Assembly: GCF_028713855.1 (NCBI RefSeq)
Contig: NZ_JAQTNN010000016.1
Span: 215 to 64,214, forward strand
From: Sulfuricurvum sp.
GTDB lineage: Bacteria > Campylobacterota > Campylobacteria > Campylobacterales > Sulfurimonadaceae
Direction: 5' to 3'
DNA length: 64,000 nt
Within the stretch, counting starts at the first letter, position 1. Each line of letters opens with the position of its first letter. The notes under the pieces were generated by a model. It made no database searches, had not been told where the DNA came from, and saw nothing but the letters and a program-made list of their open reading frames with translations. A program made the position numbers and the translations under genes. This document shows, in pieces, positions 59,405 to 64,000 of this stretch.

Positions 59405-60112
59405 TTAAAACATCGGGCTTCCAAAATCCAATCCGCCGCCAAACGCCATTGCCGCATTGGGATCCTGATATCCCATCATCGCACTTTTCATCCGCAACAT
59501 CGTTATGTCTTGTTTAGGGGCAATATTTTGCGGACAAACAGGGACACATTCGCCGCAGAGGGTACAGTCCCAGATTCCGTTTGTTTGGATCGCCGCTATC
59601 TTCGTATCACTTCCATTTTCCCGAACATCATTTACATAACGCCACACACGGGTAAGGGCAAAGGGACCGATAAAATCAGGATTCACCGCATATACGGGAC
59701 AGGCGCTGTAACACGACGTACATAGGATACAGTCGCTTTGCGTCTCAATACGGTTCGCATCTTCTTCGCGTACTTTTCCTTCGTGTGAGCCTTCGCTCCA
59801 CGCAGAAGCGACACGATTAAAATGCTCAACCATACCGGAATCAACCACCAGATCCCGAATTACACGGGCATTACGGATCGGCTCTACACAATCGCCATCG
59901 GAGGGTTTATACTCACACATCAACTGCTCACGCCCATTCACACGAACGGCACAGCTTCCGCATACGCCGCTTCGGCAACCATGAGAATAGGTCAAAGTAG
60001 GATCAATTTTGGTTTTGATATGATTAAGCACGGTGAGTAAAGTAACGTTATCTAACTCGACGTTATAACTTTGTGCTTCATTATCAGTACTGCGTAAAAT
60101 TTTAATTTCCAT
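59405..60112 (-). CDS. frdB: Fumarate reductase/succinate dehydrogenase Fe-S subunit
   Basis: CRSGVCGSC..C, CILCTSCYSACP, CTLCGECVPVCP; start set at ATG 60112 (MEIKIL). Confidence 0.9.
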   Translation of the reverse strand: MEIKILRSTDNEAQSYNVELDNVTLLTVLNHIKTKIDPTLTYSHGCRSGVCGSCAVRVNGREQLMCEYKPSDGDCVEPIRNARVIRDLVVDSGMVEHFNRVASAWSEGSHEGKVREEDANRIETQSDCILCTSCYSACPVYAVNPDFIGPFALTRVWRYVNDVRENGSDTKIAAIQTNGIWDCTLCGECVPVCPQNIAPKQDITMLRMKSAMMGYQDPNAAMAFGGGLDFGSPMF

Positions 60113-60222
60113 CAGTCGCACCACTCCCGCTCTTCATCTTCTTCATCCTCATAAGGGTCTTCACAGCATCCCTCCTGATTCGAATCTTTATCGTCATCCC
60201 AAACTTTATCATCACCCAACAT
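60112..60222 (-). CDS. Unannotated 36-aa acidic Cys-containing peptide
   Basis: MLGDDKVWDDDKDSNQEGCCEDPYEDEEDEEREWCD; ATG 2 nt after the frdA stop; TGA overlaps the frdB ATG. Confidence 0.65.
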   Translation of the reverse strand: MLGDDKVWDDDKDSNQEGCCEDPYEDEEDEEREWCD

Positions 60223-60224
60223 TT

Positions 60225-61826
60225 TTATTGTATAAAATCCGCGCATAGCACTCCATCCTCTTTCCATGTAATTGTGTGGGCTCCGAACATTCGGTCATTA
60301 CGCGCAGGTGCATCGATACGGTAATGCGCCCCTCGGCTCTCGACGCGGCTGATCGCACACACAACGATAATTTCGGCCAACTCGATCTTATTTCCAAACT
60401 CGATAAATTCGACCAAATTGGTATTGCATATTTTCGACTTATCGCGAGGTCCCATAAACGGCAACTCTTTTTGCATCTGACGGATCGCCCCAAGCACTGC
60501 CTTCAGCCCCATATCATCTCGAACTAATCCCACATTGTTATAGAAGATATTAGCGAGCATCTCCTGTTTTTGGTAAAAATCAATCTGATTGGTGAAATAC
60601 ATCACCCCACGAACAAAATTGGTATCTTTAGCTAACTGTGAGCTTTCACCTACAGGAGCAGAGGATTTATCTGCATATTCGGTCGCGTTTTTTCCGCACT
60701 CACGTCCATAAACGACAAGTTCCAAAAGTGAATTACCCCCAAGTCGGTTCGCACCGTGGGTTTTATGATTGGCACACTCACCAACGGCAAACAAGCCACT
60801 CACACTACTCATACATGCGGCATTGACTTCGATTCCCCCCATGCTGTAATGGGCTGAGGGTTTAATCGGGATAAGTTCATGTACCGGATCAATACCCTCA
60901 TAGATTTTTGCGAGTTTGCGTTCTTGAGGCAGTTCATGATCGATAAACTCTTCCCCTAGATGGCGGATATCGAGATAGACCGCACCGCTTTTATTTATCT
61001 CATCATGGATAGCACGGGCAACGATATCACGGGAAGCGAGCTCATCGGTAAAGCGATCCCCCTGCGCATCCACCAAATACCCGCCTGCACCACGAGCACT
61101 CTCAGAAATCAAAATCGAGGAGCCTTTCAGCGCCGTAGGGTGAAACTGGATAAACTCCATATCGGCAAGTTTTGCCCCCGCACGTACCGCTGCCGCCAAA
61201 CCATCACCGGTTGCCTGTACGGAGTTTGTTGAATGTTTACCATAAAGTGCGCCGTATCCGCCCGTCGCAAGTATCACAGCATTGGCACGTATCTCTTCGA
61301 CCTCACCCGTTTCGATATGTAAAAACGTCGCTCCTAACACACGGTTAGCAGTTTCGTCTACAATCAGATTGAGCAAAAATCGCTCGTTTTTAAATTCTAT
61401 CCCTGCTTTGAGGCATTGGTCGTAAAGGGTATGAAGGAGTTTAAGCCCCGTATAGTCTTGCGCATAACAAGCACGAGGCGCACTCGCTCCGCCTAAACGC
61501 CGACGGGCGATTTGCCCTTCTTCGTCACGACTGAAAGGTAAGCCGATACGGTTGCACCACTCTATCGCTTCGGGTGCTTTTTCACACATAAATGCGATCC
61601 GTTTTTCATCTCCCAATCCAGCTGAGGATTTGAGAGTATCAGCAATATGGCTTTCGATCGTATCATTAGAACTCAAAACTGCGTTCATCCCTCCCTGAGC
61701 CATCGAGGTTTGTGAACGTGTGGGAAGTGTTTTGGAAGCGACAATAACCTCTGCCCCGCTCTCACGAGCTGACAATGCGCTCACCAATCCTGCACCGCCG
61801 CTGCCGATAATCAATACTTTCGCCAT
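60225..61826 (-). CDS. frdA: Fumarate reductase/succinate dehydrogenase flavoprotein subunit
   Basis: GSGGAG, TRSQTSMAQGG, QFHPT, SESARGAGG, ASRDIVAR, HYSMGG, NRLGGNSL, ESRGAHYR; start set at MAKVLI. Confidence 0.9.
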   Translation of the reverse strand: MAKVLIIGSGGAGLVSALSARESGAEVIVASKTLPTRSQTSMAQGGMNAVLSSNDTIESHIADTLKSSAGLGDEKRIAFMCEKAPEAIEWCNRIGLPFSRDEEGQIARRRLGGASAPRACYAQDYTGLKLLHTLYDQCLKAGIEFKNERFLLNLIVDETANRVLGATFLHIETGEVEEIRANAVILATGGYGALYGKHSTNSVQATGDGLAAAVRAGAKLADMEFIQFHPTALKGSSILISESARGAGGYLVDAQGDRFTDELASRDIVARAIHDEINKSGAVYLDIRHLGEEFIDHELPQERKLAKIYEGIDPVHELIPIKPSAHYSMGGIEVNAACMSSVSGLFAVGECANHKTHGANRLGGNSLLELVVYGRECGKNATEYADKSSAPVGESSQLAKDTNFVRGVMYFTNQIDFYQKQEMLANIFYNNVGLVRDDMGLKAVLGAIRQMQKELPFMGPRDKSKICNTNLVEFIEFGNKIELAEIIVVCAISRVESRGAHYRIDAPARNDRMFGAHTITWKEDGVLCADFIQ

Positions 61827-61914
61827 AGTCTGACTCCTTATTATTGCGATTTTACCCGATGGAGTGTTAGCTCTCACTCAAAAAGATTGACTAATTTTTT
61901 GGATAAAATAAACT

Positions 61915-62820
61915 ATGCAAACTTTATTCTCTATTATGGGTATCTACCTCTTTATCGCTGTCGGTTTCGGTGCCAAATGGACCTTCAAAGAAAAGATCGA
62001 TGATCGTACAATTACCTTGCTCAGTGTCTATTTTTTACAGATTTTTCTCACCTTTTGGGGTTTGCTTAAACGTCCTATCGATACCGAACTCCTCTTTGCC
62101 CCCTCGCTTTATCTGGGAATTTCCCTTTTGGCTTTGTTACTGATGATTCCTCTGGCTAAAATTCTTTTTCATAATCCCAAAGAGCGTTCCATTGCTACCG
62201 TTGCCGCACTCATCGGCAATACGGGAAATCTCGGTATTCCTTTGGGTATCGCATTGTTTGGAGAGATGAGTGTCCCTTATCTCACCCTCATCAATCTCGT
62301 CAATGTCTTCGTCGTTTACACTATCGGGGTTTTCTACTATTCACGTGGAGAGTTCAGTGTGCGCGATTCGCTCATAAATATTCTCAAACTTCCCGTACTC
62401 TGGGCAGCGATGGTGGCAATCGCATTGAATCTCATCGGATATGTTCCCTCTCCTGCTGTGGATAAAACACTGATGATGGGGGCATATGCCTCGATGACGA
62501 TGCAGTTGGTACTCTTTGGGATTTATCTCTATGGTATCAAGTTGGGAGAAATCAATCTGCGGCTCACCACTTGGGTAAACGGAACAAAATTTCTTCTCAT
62601 ACCGCTGATCGCATTTGTTGTGTTAGGAATGGTGGAGATGGATAGTACTGTGAAAGGGATTTTATTTTTAGAGCTGATCGTTCCACTGGCGGTGGCTAAC
62701 GTGAACCTCGCCTCACTCTATAACTGCTCCCCTCGTACTGTTACAGTAGAGGTATTTACGACTTCCGTCGTATTTTTGGGAATTGCACTCGTATTACCTA
62801 CGCTGTTACAAATGTTTTAA
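61915..62820 (+). CDS. AEC (auxin efflux carrier) family transporter
   Basis: About 10 TMs, GNTGNLGIPL, KFLLIPL, PLAVANV. Confidence 0.88.
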   Translation: MQTLFSIMGIYLFIAVGFGAKWTFKEKIDDRTITLLSVYFLQIFLTFWGLLKRPIDTELLFAPSLYLGISLLALLLMIPLAKILFHNPKERSIATVAALIGNTGNLGIPLGIALFGEMSVPYLTLINLVNVFVVYTIGVFYYSRGEFSVRDSLINILKLPVLWAAMVAIALNLIGYVPSPAVDKTLMMGAYASMTMQLVLFGIYLYGIKLGEINLRLTTWVNGTKFLLIPLIAFVVLGMVEMDSTVKGILFLELIVPLAVANVNLASLYNCSPRTVTVEVFTTSVVFLGIALVLPTLLQMF

Positions 62821-63727
62821 TATTATCGATTGTAGCAGCAATCAATCGCTCACGCGCTTCACGAGACGTCCATGCGATATGGGGAGTGATATAAAGACGT
62901 TCAGGATGTTTTACCGCTAACAGTGGGTGTGGTGTTTTCATCGGTTCTTTCACCAATACATCCAGTCCGACAAAAATCGGTTTCACATCGATGATCACCG
63001 AAAGGGCATCCTCATCGACAATTCCGCCGCGTCCGAGATTGAGCAATACCGCACCGTCTTTCATCTGCAACAGTTCAGAATGAGAGATCAGATTTTCGGT
63101 CAATGGATTGAGTGGTGCATGAATGGAAATAATGTCACTATTCTCGATTAGACGGCTGAGGGTCGTTTTCTCAAAATCGCTGTTCTCATTTTTTCCCGAG
63201 GTCGAGTAATAACAGACATTTGCACCGAAAGCTGACGCGATTTTTGCCACATTGCGGCCGATTTCACCCAGTCCGATAACTCCCCATGTCTTACCGCGCA
63301 ATTCGCTGAATGAGGGGCCGATATGGGCAAATACCGCTTCACGCTGCCACTCGCCGCTTTTAACGTATTCGTCATAGTATCGGCTGTGACCCATCAGGTA
63401 AAACAACATCGAAAATGTATGTTGAACAACGGCATCGGTCGAATAACCTGCCACATTTTTGACGGTAATCCCGCGACGTGCCGCCGAGTCGTGATCGATG
63501 TTATTCATCCCTGTCGCCGCAATACAGATGAGTTTGAGATTTGGTGCCGATTCCATCACGGCATCGTTAATCACCACTTTGTTCGTAACAATCACCTCTG
63601 CATCACGTACACGCTCCGCTGTTTCATCAGCGGATGTCGTCTGATGGACAATAACCTCGCCTAAGGTATCAAACCCTGCTAACGTGGTGTCACCATACGT
63701 TAGTGCATCAAGTATTACGATATTCAT
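62798..63727 (-). CDS. D-2-hydroxyacid dehydrogenase (glycerate dehydrogenase-like)
   Basis: [42 protein letters not shown]. Confidence 0.92.
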   Translation of the reverse strand: MNIVILDALTYGDTTLAGFDTLGEVIVHQTTSADETAERVRDAEVIVTNKVVINDAVMESAPNLKLICIAATGMNNIDHDSAARRGITVKNVAGYSTDAVVQHTFSMLFYLMGHSRYYDEYVKSGEWQREAVFAHIGPSFSELRGKTWGVIGLGEIGRNVAKIASAFGANVCYYSTSGKNENSDFEKTTLSRLIENSDIISIHAPLNPLTENLISHSELLQMKDGAVLLNLGRGGIVDEDALSVIIDVKPIFVGLDVLVKEPMKTPHPLLAVKHPERLYITPHIAWTSREARERLIAATIDNIKTFVTA

Positions 63728-63999
63728 GCGTCTTGAATCTTTTTAATCAATTTTTTCGCTTTTTTAAGCGCTTTATTCACTTTGTCAAACACCAAAACAA
63801 CCGCCATACGACGTCCGACATGCGCTTCGGGTTTCCCGAATACACGGACAAAACTGTTATCATCAAACAACTCATCCGCAACATCGATCACCGGTTCATG
63901 CGATTCAACAGTCGATTTGAACGCCGCACTTGCACCGTCACCGTAGAACGTAAATCCAAGAGGAAGCCCAAGTACTGCACGTACATGAAGGGCAAATTC
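63724..63999 (-). CDS. purT: Formate-dependent phosphoribosylglycinamide formyltransferase, 3' part (5' end outside window)
   Basis: Manual translation [35 protein letters not shown]; ATGA overlap with the next gene. Confidence 0.85.
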   Translation of the reverse strand, partial: EFALHVRAVLGLPLGFTFYGDGASAAFKSTVESHEPVIDVADELFDDNSFVRVFGKPEAHVGRRMAVVLVFDKVNKALKKAKKLIKKIQDA

Positions 64000-64000
64000 G

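Overview
Chromosomal window from a Campylobacterota (epsilonproteobacterial) bacterium. Gene content and order suggest a Sulfuricurvum/Sulfurimonas-like organism (inference). Most of it is housekeeping: rpsT, prfA, dapF, coaE, purM, ccoG, murB, fliQ, mqnD, recA-eno, tpx, tsaD, dxr, cdsA, tamAB, tRNA-Ser, typA, sigma54-driven fliK-flgD-flgE-flgE, mscS, yajQ and purT. No CRISPR array, rRNA, transposase or integrase was seen. Best candidates for undescribed biology: (1) a coupled pair of effector-less STAND-like ATPases (50215-53320) whose TTGACA-N17-TAGAAT promoter is covered by three 20-bp TGACA-N10-TGTCA palindromes, with the half-site TGACAAAAT also repeated in the recA promoter; (2) a TonB-dependent receptor co-transcribed with a YfiR-domain/~155-aa coiled-coil/TM/GGDEF fusion, a possible trans-envelope c-di-GMP relay; (3) an unannotated 36-aa acidic, Cys-containing ORF coupled between the two subunits of an anchor-less fumarate reductase-like enzyme; (4) an inverted-repeat-bounded structured element behind flgE that carries a 19-aa Cys3 ORF; (5) a serine-recombinase homologue lacking its catalytic residues, coupled to ccoG; (6) a riboswitch-like leader upstream of a second TonB receptor. 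All product calls come from motif recognition by eye; no database searches were run.
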